Of a stretch of 64,000 nucleotides of DNA, positions 41,700 through 56,900 are shown piece after piece (position 1 is the stretch's first letter; each line of letters starts with the position of its first letter). The position numbers were made by a program, and so were the translations under genes. A model generated the notes under the pieces. That model was not told where the DNA came from. It did no database searches and saw nothing but the letters and a program-made list of their open reading frames with translations. The DNA lies in assembly GCF_038025025.1 (NCBI RefSeq), contig NW_027117340.1, forward strand, positions 682,001 to 746,000. The letters run 5' to 3'. This DNA is from Phyllosticta citribraziliensis. Taxonomy: Eukaryota.

Positions 41700-44600
41700 C
41701 TTAGTAGTATCCTTACTATTAGCTAGGATAGAGTCTTTAATAGGGTATATAACTATAGTATATACTAGTAGTTTTAATATATATAATAGTTATCTTCTTA
41801 TAGAATATAGGGTAGTACTAGTCTTAAGTCTTTTATTATACTCTTTAATAAGGTCTATAGTATTTTTAAGGTTATTAATATTATACTAGACTTAGTACTA
41901 AGGGCTATAGCCCCTCTAGTTAAATAGGTACTAGAGCTACTTTATAAAGGGGTTATATTAGTAGTCTAGTAAGGTTTTAATCTTATATTCTAGGGCTAGG
42001 TTATTAATATTTACTATAGGTATAGGATCTAGTAGTACTTAGTAACTATAAGGGTTATTATTAGAATTATATTTAAGTTAGCTAACTAATATAATAGGGT
42101 AGATTTTTATTAGCTCTAAAAGGTTAAGCTTATATACTAAGGGTCCTATAGTTCTCTTTACTTAGTAAGTCCTATAGTTCTCTTTACTTAGTAAGGCCCT
42201 ATTCTCTATAGTTATAGCTTTTTTAGTAGGTTACTATAAACCTTATACCTAAAATATAAATATAGGAATACCTTATCTCTAACCTTAAACTAGACTAGCT
42301 TATAGTAGGAGTTATAGTACTTCTTCTATATAATAGTAGTAAAAGCTAGGGCCTCCTAGGCTTCTACCTAGTACTAGGTATATAGTATATTAGTATTAAT
42401 ATCCCTTATACTTTTAAGATTACTAAATATAGTAGTCTATAGATTAAAGCTATATAGCATCTTATATAGTATATACCTAGTAGATATATTATAGGATATA
42501 TTTATTATTCCTTATTTATAGGGAAGTATATCTACCTATACCTAATTAGGATTAGTAAATATAAAGTAATATATTATATACTCTATAGTCTAGTTAGTAT
42601 ATTCTAATTATCTATTAGCTTATAGGTAATATACTATAGTACTATAGAATTATACCTTTAGTATTATAAAAACTTAGATAATAAACTTAGATAGCTATTT
42701 TATATCTTAGTCTAAGATTAATATACTTAGTAAGCCCTAGCTATAACTATATAGGTCCTTAAACTAAACTAAGGCCTACTACCTAGTAGTCTAGGTTTCT
42801 AGCCCTAGTATAAGTAGGATTACTTTAGAGAACTTATATATAGTAGTAAGGAGGGTATTAAAACTACTATCTATAATAGCTAGAAGCTTTATAATAAAAT
42901 TAGTATATAATATAAAGAAGGGGATCTTAACTATAGTAATTAGTATTAAGCTACTATAGGGGTAGTACTATTTAGTAGTTATATACTTATAGTTAGGGTA
43001 ATTTTCTATATATAAGTATAGCTACTTATATAACTAGTATATATAAAATAAGGCCCTAATAAAGTCTATAGCTTAATTAGGGCCTTAGTAGCTATAAGTA
43101 TTATATATAAACTAGAAGATCTCCTTCTTATAGGCTAGAGGGATATATAGATATTTCCTATTTTTCTTAGTATAGTTAATAAAGTAGATAAGCCTATAGT
43201 ATAGGATAAACTATAGTCCTAGAATAGAATTATCCTTACTAGAGTATATCTTAGTACTCTATAGCTATTCCCTATTACTTACTTATTCTTAAGGGGCCTC
43301 TACTAGTAAGTTACTTACTCTAGGTATATTTACCCTAGTTAATATAGGTATATCTACCCTAGTTCTATTCTAGATTACCCTAATAGGCTAGCTTTTAAAC
43401 TATCTCTCTAGGGCTATAGCTTATTTAAGTACTTATAATATATAAGCCTATTATAAATCTACTATATAGCCTTTCTATACCTTATTCTTAAAAGTATTAG
43501 TTATTTCTATTAATATAATATAGAAGTAGCTTATAGCCCTAGTTAGGCTAGGGTTATATATTACTATAAACTATATAGGATCTATATTATCTAGGAATTC
43601 TACCTTATCTATAATATCTCTATTATTATAGCTAGCCTTTAAAGGTAACTAACTTAAAGTATCTAATATAATATAATTCTATCTAGGGTAGTATTTTATA
43701 GTTAATAGAGATTATAAAAGATACTATAATACCTATATTAGGTATAGATTTAATTACTTATTAGATTAAAAAGTAGTAAATATCTTTTACTATACTAGTA
43801 CTATTATAATAGTATAGTTTATAAAAAGTATAGTATAGGCTATTAACTATACTAAAGTATATAGTTTCTTAACTATCTAATATACCCTAGTTATCTTAAG
43901 TTTAGTAATCTAGTACTATATCTCTATATTAGATAGCTATTATAAGAGGAATATAATTAGCTTAATTAATTAATATAGGAAGTTCTTTATCTATTTTAGC
44001 TATAGAGATAGTCTCTCCTTATTAGTATTAATTACTATAATCTTTAGTTACTAGTCTTCTATTTCTAGCTTAAGGTCTCTAATAATATAATATACTATAA
44101 CTCTAAATCCTAACTCTTTTAAAGTATCTATATTAATATATAGTAGTTATAATAAATTATAGTAGAACCTCTAATATATCTTATAAAGTATATTATATAT
44201 TATATTAAATACTACTATTAGTAATAGCTTTAGTAATATTAGCTTAGCTACTATAAAGTACCTTCTTACTTACTTACCTTCTAGGGCTTTTTAAAGATAT
44301 AATATCTTAATTACCTCTAGGGGCTTAGCTAGCTAGGTATAATAGGGGTAATTATCTTATAGCTACCTTATTAGTCTAATAAATATCTTAAGTTCTTATA
44401 GTATATAGAGGAAAACTATATCCTTAAGGGCCTAGATCTTAGTATTAAAGGTAGTAATTTCTAGCCCTAATACCTTTTAGCCTAGAAGTATAATTAATAG
44501 GTATTCTAGATAGATTTTCTTAATAGATAGGCTTATATTAACTTAGTCTAATATAGTAAAGATAGCCTCTAAGTACTAGATATACTTCTTTAGTAATTAT

Positions 44601-47600
44601 AAAAAGATAATAATATTATTAATATAGGGGTATATAAAGGCTTAATAATTTTAGAATAATATATTATATTATTACTATATATACTAAATACTATTATAGT
44701 AGCCTATAAGAGTAATATTACTTTATTCTATTCTATAATAGGTAAGTATTACTAGCTTATATTAGTCCTCTATATATACCCTCTATTAGTAGAAGAATAA
44801 AATTATATTAACTACTAAAATAAAGAGGTACCCTTAGATTTCTAAAATAATATCTAATATTAATAGTAAAGGGTAGCTATCCTTCTCTATAATAGTATTA
44901 AGTATATAGATATTAATAATAATATAACCTTTTTTTTTAAGCTTACTATTCTTACTAGGGACCTATTTCTATACTATAAAAACTAAGAACTCTAGACTTA
45001 TATTACCCTATACCTACTTAGCTTTACCCTACTTATATATAGAGTTAAGAGTATTATCTTAGAATTCTTTATCTTATTATAAGGCTATATATAGCTATAT
45101 CTATTAAAATTTATCTCTCTAATTAGAGACTAGTAGAATATATATCTATTCCTCTTTAAAAACCTTAATAAACCTCTTTTAATTAGTAAATAGGTCTTTA
45201 AATTAGTTTACTAGGGCTTAGTAATATTTTCTAGTTTTAGAGGGGCTAAAGGTTAGGATACTATTATCTAGCCTTCCTTCTTCTATTATTAGAAGTAATA
45301 GGTTTAGGGCTACTAAGCTATAATCTTTATTAATAAGCTAGTAGCTTATATTAAACTCTACTATTACTAGACTATCTAATTATATATTCTTTAAGATAGT
45401 TAGGGTCTAATTAGAGTTATTTTATATAATAATCTATATTATATTAGTATTTACTATAATAGAATATAGGAATCCTTCTTTTTATAGGAAGGGGATATAT
45501 CTTATACTATAATTAAAGTAGAACTTATAGTATTAGATTAGTAATATTAGTCTAGGTATATAGATAGGTACTTTTATAGTACTATAAAATAGTACTATAG
45601 TATACTTACTAACTATAATATATTAATATACTAGTATTATATATATCTTTATTATTACTAAGATTCTAAAGCCTCCCTTATTAAGATAGGGCTATATTAC
45701 TTAATCCTTTCTAAATTCTATAATTACTACTTTAGGATATAGGATATTATTCCCTATTAATAGTAGGATAGATATATCTTAATTAATAATATATATATAG
45801 TAGGGAATATAGGCTATAGCTTTACTATTCTTTATATATCCTAGTAGATAGAAGGGTAGGAGTATATAGTCTATATATAATATTATAGCTCTAATACTAT
45901 TAATTTATATAGGCTTTAGGAGTATAAGAATCTTTATATCTAGTAGTTATTCTTATAAGAAATCTTAGATAATTAGTAAGGATAATACCTTAGTATTAAG
46001 ATATATAATATTTATAAGTCCTAATATATAGAGCTAAAAGCTATACTTAAGGGACTAGTAATAAGGGAACCCTAATAAGCTATTATCTACTAGTAACCCT
46101 AGTAGTACTTATTTAGATATTAAGATAGGGGGATCCTTACTAGATAAAGCTTTTTTATTAGTCCCCTTAGTACTAGAATTTATTATACTTACTATTATAA
46201 ATAAACTACCTATTAATAGGGTATAGCCTTTAGCTTTACTCCTCTAATCCTAGTATAGTATAGTATATATAGCTAAGCTAAATAGGAAGAGTAAGCTCTA
46301 TACTAATATATAGATTACTAGAATAAGTTATAGTTAAGAAGGGGCTATATATTATCCTATTATATAACCCTAAGTCCTTTTAGGGACTCTTACTTATTAT
46401 TAATAGTAGCTATAAATATATCCTTACTATATATATTATAGGTAGCTCTTAAAGATCTATATTAGTAACCTATACTCTATAAATAGTAATATAGCTATTA
46501 CTTTAACTAGAACCTCTCCTAATAACTATTATATACTATTATATATATAGGGGCTAGTTTAGATCCTATATTAGGCTAGTCTAAAGATTAGTTAGAAGCT
46601 ATTAGATAATAATATTAGGTATAGTTATAGATTAATATATTAGGAGATTAATTAATAGACTTTATCTTCTCTTCTCCTATTATCTTAGAGGTAGGGGAAC
46701 CTAGCTCTTTAAGGGCTAATTTTTCCTCTTTACTAGACTTATCCTTAGCTTCCTTACCTTATATAAGGTACTATCTATAAGTAGTTTATTTCTTATTAGT
46801 ATTTCTTATATTATTACCCTTAGACTATTATAATTAGGATTCTAAACCTAACTCTTTTCTTAATCCTACTCCTATATTTCCTAGAGTAGGTAATATAAGT
46901 TATTTTAAGTAGGTAACCTATTTATTATTACTTAGTCCCTTAATACTTATATTATACTAAGGGGATATATATCCTCTATTAGTCCTTTTATAATTTATTT
47001 AGCTCTAGGGGTAACCTTAGTTAGTTACTTATTCCTAGCTTTACTAGGGGAAGGTTCCCTTACCTACTTTAAAGTATTATATAAGGTACTTCTAGGTTTA
47101 GTAATAACTCTTAATTATTTTAATAAAGGATTATATAGTTATTTAGGGTATAGGCTCCTCTAGCTACTACTAGTAGAAAGAATTAATCTTAGTAAATATA
47201 TTAATAAGCTAGTTATAGATAGTCTAGAAACTAGCTATATATCCTAAGTAGATATAAGTAATTATAAAGTCTCTAATACCCTTATTATATACCTCTTTAA
47301 GACTAAAACTAATAGTATTTAAAGTATTAATTACTTTATACTAGGTTATACTAAAATCCTTATAAAGTAAGGTAGCCTAGTATTTAATACTAGCCTTAAT
47401 ATATATATAGGTATAGTCTTCCTCTATAATTTATAAAGTAAACTATATATTTACTATCCCTTTAAGATACTTCTATAGATTAAATTATACTAGTAAGGTA
47501 CTAAATATTATATAAGCTATCTAAGTACTATTAATAAACTACTCTACTATATAGTAAACTACCTTTTTATATTTTATAGTACTACTACCCTAGCTAACCT

Positions 47601-48700
47601 TATCTTTACCTAGATTAGGGTTAAAATAGCTAATATTATTAAGGTAGAAGTATAGGAAAGTATAAGAGTAGTTATAGTTATTATCTATATACTAGATAAT
47701 CTACTAGTCTACTATTAGTAATAGAGACTATTTATATATTATACTATTAGGGAAATAGAACTAGAAGTATAATAGTAGTAGTAGTTATATAAGGTTTAAT
47801 AGTTCCCTATAATTATAAGTTTTAGAAGGAGGAAAACTAGAATAGATATAGTATTCCTAGTAGTACTATATCTTTATATCTAGGTAGAAGTAATCTATAT
47901 TATCTTAAGAGTAGTTAGTATTACCTCTAGATTTAAGACTAGCTAGGTATTTACTTAGAGAGCTATAGAGAGTATTAATACTATTATTTATACTCTTAAA
48001 GCTTTCTATTTATATATATTACTATTTAAGGATAAGCCTCTAGAGCCTAGTAATCTAGCTTATTAATATAGTATTTTCTACTAGGCCTTATAGGATCTCT
48101 TCTATCTTATCTATAGTATTATAATACTATCTTTCCTTACCCTAAGTATCTATCCTTTAGCTAATAGGGCCTAGCTTAGCTATAAACCTTTAAGTACTAG
48201 GGCTACTAGTAGTACTAGTTCTAAAACTAAATAAATTAGGGCTAATTATATTATTTATATTAAAACCTATAGTAGGTATACCTTATATCTATATAGGTAG
48301 TATAAAGGTTTCTATAGTTTAAGTTAGTAGAGGTAGGAAGATTCCTACTATAGAGGCTATTAGTATAGTAGCCCTAGTAGAAAAGGGGGCCTATACTTAC
48401 TCTATACTAGTACTATAGGTATTAAAACCTTAGATATATAATTTTAGTATAGGTACTATTATTCTAGACCTCTAAATATTTAAGAGATCTAATTAGCCCC
48501 TTTACTAGATCTTATTACCTTTATCTCCCTAATAATTATTAAGACTATTATTATAAGGGTTTTTATACTACTTAGTTTTATAATTAATATATAGGTTCTC
48601 TCTACTATAGGGTAATATCTCCTCTATATCCTTACTACTACTATACTAGGGGTTTAGTTTAACTATCTCTATTAGGGAGATATAATATCCTTTACCTTTA
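41700..48700 (-). mobile_element. RIP-degraded gag-pol of a second Ty3/gypsy chromovirus family (boundaries approximate, LTRs not identified)
   Basis: Minus-strand reading with RIP reverted by eye gives RT YI(D)(D)IIIF at ~44603-44626; integrase I(S)D(R)D...AY(H)(P)(Q)A(D)(G)(Q)(S)E(R)TN(Q)T(V)E at ~42580-42720; chromodomain EY(E)I(E)TLLD...YLFN(W)RGY(G)P...V(W)Y at ~41840-41995. The DNA is not similar to copies A/B. Confidence 0.78.
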
Positions 48701-50480
48701 TTAATAGGGGCCTATAAGTATAAAAATAAGGTCTTTATCTAAGATTAGATACTAAAGTATAAAGATAATAAGTAGATTATTTATCCCCTAATATTATATA
48801 TAAGTACTATAGGCTAAGCCCTATTAAATAGTATAGCTCTTAAGTCTATAGTACTAGTACTTATAAAGATATTTAAGGTAGAAGTTTCTTAGTAAGAGAG
48901 GAATCTTTACTTACTTAGTACTAGTCCCTACTAGCTAAGAGGGAAACTAGCTTAGATATTATAGATAATAAGGACTATTATAATAGACTAAATCCTACTA
49001 CTTATAGTAGTACCTATCTAGGGGTAGACCCTTATATTACCCCTAGTACCTAATTTACTAGATATACTATTAGGCTCTTAGGAATCTTACTATATTTCCT
49101 AATAAGCTATTATTATAATAGTTATATAAGAAGCTATTATAAGACCTAAAAGTATAACTTATAAGTAAAGGGTAATTTAGGTTTAAGGAAGAGAAAAAGG
49201 AGGATATCCCTTTTTATAAATTAAAATAAAGGTTTATTCTAAGAGAACTAATAAATAAAAGTTAGTTATTAATATTAGAATATAAAGGGCTATATAAGGA
49301 CTAAAGAATAGTCCTAGTTAGTAAAAAATAGTATAGTTAGTTCCTTCTAAAATAGAAAGTAAAAAGGAGAAGGAAAAGTTAATACCTCTAGTAAATCTAA
49401 GGTACTTAACTTAGTTAAGGTTTATATTATCTCTTTAATATTATAGACTTTAAGGCTACTCCTTAGACTAAGGATATAGTAGTATTATAGTCCCTAGTCT
49501 AGATCTAAATAAATTAGTCTAGAAGAACTTTAATAGTAAGAGTTATAGTTAAGAGTTAGAGGTAACTTATAACTAATAAATAAGTCTTACTAATAGCTAG
49601 CTAGTAGATTAGCTTAGTATTAATTAGAAAGGTATATAAAGAGGCCTCCTAGCCCTCTAGAATAGCTTTCTCTTTAGTAGTAATTCTTCTTCTTATATTT
49701 TATTAACTAATTCTTTATTAAGAATTATTATTCTTTCTCTATATATTTCTTATAACTAAGTATATAATAATTTAGTCTATATTATTATCTATTAGGTAGC
49801 CTTTAGAAAATAGTCTAAGGTTATTTAGTTATAGTAGTATAAATTAAAAGGGTCTACTCCTCTTCCTTATACCTCTTATTTAATAGGAAAGTACCTCTCT
49901 ATTATATAAGCTAATAGACTAGATATTAGATTATATAGCTCTACCTACTATACTCTACCTTAGTATTTTATTATCTAGATATATATAAGTCCTATATAAT
50001 AAAGGATTAGGCTAGGTATATATAACTATCTTTAGAGTTTATTTTTTATTACTACTTATTAAGTACTATATCTAGATACCTAGAACTATTAGTTAAGTAC
50101 TAAGTAGCCTTAGTAATTATCTAATTAGGATTACCTAAAGTATACTATTATATTTAGCTATAGAAGTAAATAGTTACCCTAGTAATAAGGGTATTAGCTT
50201 TTCTATTTTTATTAGGAGGACTATTATAGTTTTAGTATAGGCTTTACTTATTTTTATTATTTACTTACTTATACTACTATAGCCTTATTATACTACTATA
50301 AGGACTATTTAATTTATTTATCTACTTATTTACTTATTTTATAGGCTACTAATAATCTAACCTTATTAGAAGCCTTTATTACTTAGATAAGTAGGTAGTA
50401 TATAATAAGTACTTATTAGTATATAACTACTAGCTTATATATATTACCTATAAATTAACTTATACTTTTAATCTATAATA

Positions 50481-50948
50481 TGTCACGATAGGCATACACG
50501 CGCCTATACGAGCACCAGGGCCAGCATGGACAAACCCAGCATCGCACGGTAGGCAAGTACCAGGGCCAGCACAGACAAACCTGGCGTTGCGCAGTTATAG
50601 GAAGTATGAGCCTTACCTTAGGTAGTAGCCCACTATAGCTCAGGCTAAAACCTATAGGCTAGTACCAGCTACTATAGCCTAGTACTAGCTACTATAGCCT
50701 TAGGAAGATACCATATAATAGCCTATTAATACCTTACCTTTATAACTCACCTAATAATAACTAAGGACCCTTATATAAAGGATAAGAGGTAGAATAGTAT
50801 AAAGGAAGGACTAGGAAATATATAGGTAGTAAGTATCTTTTATATTTTATTCTTTTAACTTATTATATTTAATTAAGATATATATATATTCTCTAGTAGT
50901 TTACCTTTAGCCCTTACCTATATAATAAGAAATCTATAAGTTATAATA
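50481..50948 (+). repeat. 5' LTR of gypsy copy B
   Basis: Begins tgtcacgataggc; direct repeat of 58313-58780; reverse complement of copy A LTRs plus a 45-bp internal duplication. Confidence 0.9.
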
Positions 50949-53900
50949 GATATAAAAGATTATTCTAAGTTTTAGCTCTATCCTACTTCTTACCTATAAA
51001 GGTGTTATAATATTTAACCTAAGTAATATTATATATAGCTATAATCTTATATAAGACTGCTTATTACTTTTCCCTAGTAAACCTAAGTTATCTTTATTAG
51101 GTATATTAGTATTATCTAAGGACTAAGGAGCATTAAGTATATATTAACTATAGAAGTCTTTAGTTAAGGCTATAGGGTAGTATATAAATATTTAGGAGGT
51201 ATCCTATCTATAACCTACTTAAGGGATATTCTAAGTAGAAGACTATAAAGATAGTATAGCTAAGAATAAAGCTAATATATCTAGTACTACTAAAGGTATT
51301 AGTACTGGTTAATTAACTTAATAAGATTTATATAAAGGGACTAAAGATTTGCATAATACTAGATACTTATTAAATAATAATAAGAGAGGACCTACCCCTA
51401 TTCTCCTATATAATTTCTACTTAGTTCTAGTAGTAGAGGTGAAAGAATATACCTAAGACCTAGGGTCAACTTATACAGTTTAAGCTCTAGTTATAGAGGT
51501 GTTTATAAAGGTACCGCGCTTAGATATTAATTAATTTAAATCTAAGATTATATCCTTAAATAAGTCTCAAGTATAGTAGCAACTAAACTATATATAAAGG
51601 TAGAACTAGGCTCTTAAGTAAATGCTCTTAAACTATACTAATAGGCTTAGAGAAGTTCTAAGGGAAGGATATATTAGGCCCTCTTTATTATCTTAGTACC
51701 TAAGACCTATTACCCTCTCTTAAGATCCTCCTACCTATATAAGGGAAACCACTACTAAAACCTCTACTTTATCTTTAAGTAGTAAGAAATACTAAAGTAG
51801 TAAGGTTCCTAATCCTCCTCTTCTTACTAATAGAGAAGACCCCTTATATAAATACTAGACCCTCCTTATATAAAATAAAATTAAATAAAACTATAATTAC
51901 TTTACTAAGGATATAGTAGAGGAGACTAAATAGAATATTATAGGTTATATTATTTCCTATATTAGTAGAGAAGTCTTATATTACCTAACTCCTTTTCTTA
52001 CTTCTTATATAAAGGCTAATAAAGTTACTCTAGATAAGGATATCTTTAAATTCCTAGATAACCTCCTTTAGAGTCTATATAAATATAAGGATATAAAGAA
52101 GCAGTTATACTCTCTTATATACTATATTCCTATAGACCTTTAGAAGTTTTAATTAAACTTTATATAATTAGCCTTAGATATAGATCTTCCCTAAGAATAG
52201 TAGAAAGAGGACTTTTATAATATAATAGATCCTCTCCTTTAAACCTATATAGTTACTATAGAGTAAGATAAGGATATTAACTTTTATAAGTACCTCTAAT
52301 AAGCCTACCCCATTACTTAAAGTCTTAGTAACTACCATTCTAATTATAGAAAATTAACGCTTACATCGCGCGAGGATTAAGTAAAGAAGAGATAATAAGA
52401 ATAAGTAAAGATAACTACCTTAGGTAGTATAAGTACTTTATCTTCTAGTCATACCTAGGTATAATCTATATCTAGGGCTCCCTCATATAATATAACCTAT
52501 AAAGGTAAAGTAGAAGTCTATATAGAGATTAGACTATATAATTACTATAGCTAGTTTAGCTATTTATAGAGATAATACCTATAACTAGAGATAAAGGTAA
52601 TAGAGTTAGTAGAAGAAGAAAGTATAGAAGAAGTCTATATAAATAAAGGAGATTAGTCTTTATTAGAAAATAATAAGGCCTAGGTAAAGTCTCCTACCTT
52701 AGATCTAAACTTAGAGTAATATATATTAAAGGTTCTCATATAAATCTTAGTTACTTTATTAGAGGTATACCCTTTACTATATAAACCTTAATTATATCTA
52801 ATAGCCATGCCTTAGAAATTTATGCCCTAGCTAATACTAGTACTAGTAGTATAAGTTTTATTTACCCTAAGCTACTACTAACTCTCTAGTCTATAGGTAC
52901 TATAAAAAAGAGAATAATAGGTAAAGGGCTTAATATTACTAGGTTTAACTAATATATAAATAAGAAAGTTAATTTTTACTTTTATCTTTAACTCTATTTC
53001 TAAGATTAAATGGTTTCTACTTATACTTTTATTTATAATATTAGCTATAATAATATAATTCTCAGGCAACAGTTTTTCAACTAGCACAATATCCTCCTAG
53101 ACTATAAATAATACAAACTAGTCTAGAGATAGCTACTAGTTAACTAGTCCTTTTAGCATCTTCTATACCTACTAAAAATCTCTATATAAAGTAAAGAACC
53201 GCAGAAAAAACACTAAGTAGATATAGACTATAGAGATAAAAAATTTAATAAACACCTCCTTCCCTTAGTATAGGTTATTAAGGGAATTAAATTCTAAACT
53301 TAAGATATATTTAAGCTTTCTATTTATAAAATACAAGTTATACTAATAGAGATCTATACTATTAACCTTATATAAGTTTAAGTAGCTCTTAAAGATAAGG
53401 AAACTGAGGAATTACTAGCTTCTAAGCTACTAGCTACTTATAAGGAATTTCAAGATATATTTTCTAAAACAGAGTCTAATAAGCTACTACTATATCACAT
53501 AGGAGTTAATTATAAAATAACTCTTATACATAATAGTCTACTAGAGCTTCTACTAAGTCCTCTCTATAGAATATCTCTAGAGTAGCTTAAGGCTGTAAAA
53601 GAGTATATCATTAAGAATATTCAGAAAGGCTTTATTACTAAAAGCTTTACCACCTATGCTTCTCCTATTCTAGTAGTAAAAAAGCCTAGTAGGGGATAGA
53701 GATTCTATATAGACTACTAATAGCTTAATAAATAAACTACTAAGGATTTACACCCCCTTCCTCTTATTATAGAGTTGCTTTAGCACATTAGAAAGGGCAA
53801 AATTTATACTAAGCTTAATATTTAATAAGCTTTCTACTACATTTATCTTACTAAGGATTCTAAAGATAAGACTACCTTCTATATAAGATATAGCTTATTT

Positions 53901-56900
53901 AAATACCATATCTTACCATTTAGATTAAGTAATAGACCTATAGCCTTTTAATATTTTATTAACCAGGTTCTCTTTAAGTATTTAGATAATTTTATTATGG
54001 CTTTTATAGATAACATACTCATTATCTCTAAAGACCCTACAGAGTATAAGGAATAAGTAAAAAAAGTACTAGTAAGACTATAAAAAGTAGGACTATAGGT
54101 AGATTTAAAGAAGAGTAAGTTTTTAGTTACTTATATAAAGTTCCTTAGATATATCATTTCTATAGAAGGTATTTAAATAGACCTAGACAAGGTAGAACCT
54201 ATATAAAACTAGCTAATACCTAAAACCCTTAAAGCTCTTTAATCCTTCCTAGGTTTCTATAATTTCTACTAATAATTTCTCCCTAACTATAGATAAATTA
54301 GCTGGCTATTAGAGAAACTATACTCTAAGGTAAAATGGTAATAACTAGGACCCCTAGAAGAAGAGGTAATTTAATAACTCAAGAAGCTAATATATAGTAA
54401 TATACTCCTAGCCAATTATAATCCTACTCTTAACACTTATATAGAGACTAATATAAGTAATAGAGTTACTATAGGTATTTTAATACAGCTCTAACAACCT
54501 TTATATAATTAGAAACTAGTAGTATTCTACTCTAAGGTAATAGCTAATATAGAACTTTATTATAGAATATCTAATAAAGAACTACTAGCTATTAAGAATA
54601 GACTAGAAGAATAGAGACTAATACTTATTAGCCTTAAAAAACCTTTTCTCATAATTATAGACTATTAGGCATTAGAGTACTACTCTACCAAACAACAACT
54701 CAATTAATAATAAGCTAGATAGTCTAAGTTTTTTACAGAGTTCTATATATACTTCTCCTATTAACTAGGAAAGGAAAATATCATTACTAATTACCTTACT
54801 TAAAAATAAGAAGACCTAAAGACTTAAAAAGAAAAAGTAAAGGCTATATAAGAGATATACCTTATCTTACTAGAGACTATTATCCCTCTTTCTATTTTAG
54901 AATAAGAACTTCCTCCTCTAGTATTATTTTTAGATAAACTTCTCTATATAAACTAAGAAGATTCTAAATTAGAACTCTAAAGATAGAAAGCCCTCTTAAA
55001 AGACCTTAAATAAAGAAATAGTTAGGAACTAAAGGATAGTCTTTTACTATAATATAGTACCCTCTTTATATTAGATTATAATAACCTCTGTATGAGAATA
55101 CTTAATACCTTATATACTACTTATATAACTACCTATCCTAGTATTATAAAGATGCAAAAACTCCTTAAGTAATATTACTACTAGCTAGCTATAAATTATA
55201 TAATTAATATTTATAGATAAGGATACTATATTTACCGCCAAATAAAAGAGTTTTATAATAAAGACCTAGGCTTTCTATAACCCCTAAAAATTCCCACTTA
55301 ACCCTAGTAACACTTAGCTATAGATTTTAAAGAGATGCCTAAGGACTAAAAAGGCTATAATATAATTCTAGTTATTATAGACTAGTTAAGTTAAAGAACC
55401 TTTAGCTTACCTTATATAAAAAAGATTAATACTAAAGGAGTCTCTAGGCTCTTTTATAAATATATTTATTATATTTATAGAAACCCTAAGTCTATCCTAT
55501 CTAACTAAGGCCCTTAGTTTATCTTAGCATTTATAAATAAATTATATAAGCTAACTAGTATAGAGTAGCATTTTAACTCATCCTACTACTCTCAAATTAA
55601 TAGTATCACAGAGATTATTAATTAGCATCTTATACAAAGATTAAGACCTTTTATTAATTACTTTTAGAATAATTAGTCTAATCTTCTTCTATTAATAGAC
55701 CTTATATAAGCAACACTTCCCTATAAAGCTACTAGACTTTTACCTTTTAAGATTAAGTTAGGATATTCCCCTTAAATATACTATAACTAGTAATAAAGAA
55801 TAGAGACCCCCTAGCAACTAGAAAAGATAGCTTATACAGTAGTATAAATACTATAAAAGAGAAGATAAGAAGCTTTTAAATTTATAAAGAATCTTATTCT
55901 TAAATCCTAAAAGTATATGCGCCAACAAGCCAACAAATACCATTATATACTAGACTTTATAGTTAGAGATTACATCTATATTAAGAAAATAGGATGGTCT
56001 ACTAATTAGCTAAACCTTAAATTAGACTTCCCTAATACTAGACCTTTTAAGATTATAGGAATAGAAGGACCCTCCTATATCCTTAATCTTCCCTTATATA
56101 TAAAGATAGTTAACCTTTTCTATACTAATAGGCTATATAAGGCTAAAATAGAACAGCTTCCTAGTTAAGAATATACTAAACTAGAACCTAAGATCATTTA
56201 AGATAAGCCTAAGTAGGAAGTAGACTATATTTAAGCTAGTTAAGTCTTATATAGAAAGCTTTAATACCAAGTTAAATAGACTAGATATAACTAAGATAAC
56301 TAGTAGTATAATATAAGTTCTTTCAGTAGTATACTATAGAAAATTAAAGAATTCTACTTATTACACCCTACCATAGCAGGACTACTAAAAAATCTAGAAA
56401 AATAGAAGACTACCTTCCTCTAAGAAGAACTATAGATTAAAATAGAAAGTAATAATAAAATAAGTTACTTAGGCCTATAGTAAATATTATAAAGATATAG
56501 AAAGTAGACTAATTAGTTTACTATCTACCCTTATATAAATACTATTAATCTTAACTTCTACTCTCTAGTCTCTCCTTTTTACTACTTATTCCCTACTATC
56601 CTCTTCTTTAATTTCTACCCTTTACTTCTTTCCTTTTCCCTTCTTCTTATTATAATAGTTATTATATAAGACCATCTCCTCTAGATCCTCTAGCTTATTA
56701 GGTAGGATGTCCTACTTAGCTAAAGCCTAATTAGTTTAATCCTCTAACCTAGCCTAGTAGTATAAGCTTTAAAACTCCTCTATATAAATCTTATCTTTAC
56801 ACCTCTTATAATAAGTAGGCAGCTTGGCACCCTTTAAGTTACTTATAGTATAGTTAAGGTTACCTATACCCTAAAGGCAGTTAGCGCAGCAGCCCTATAA

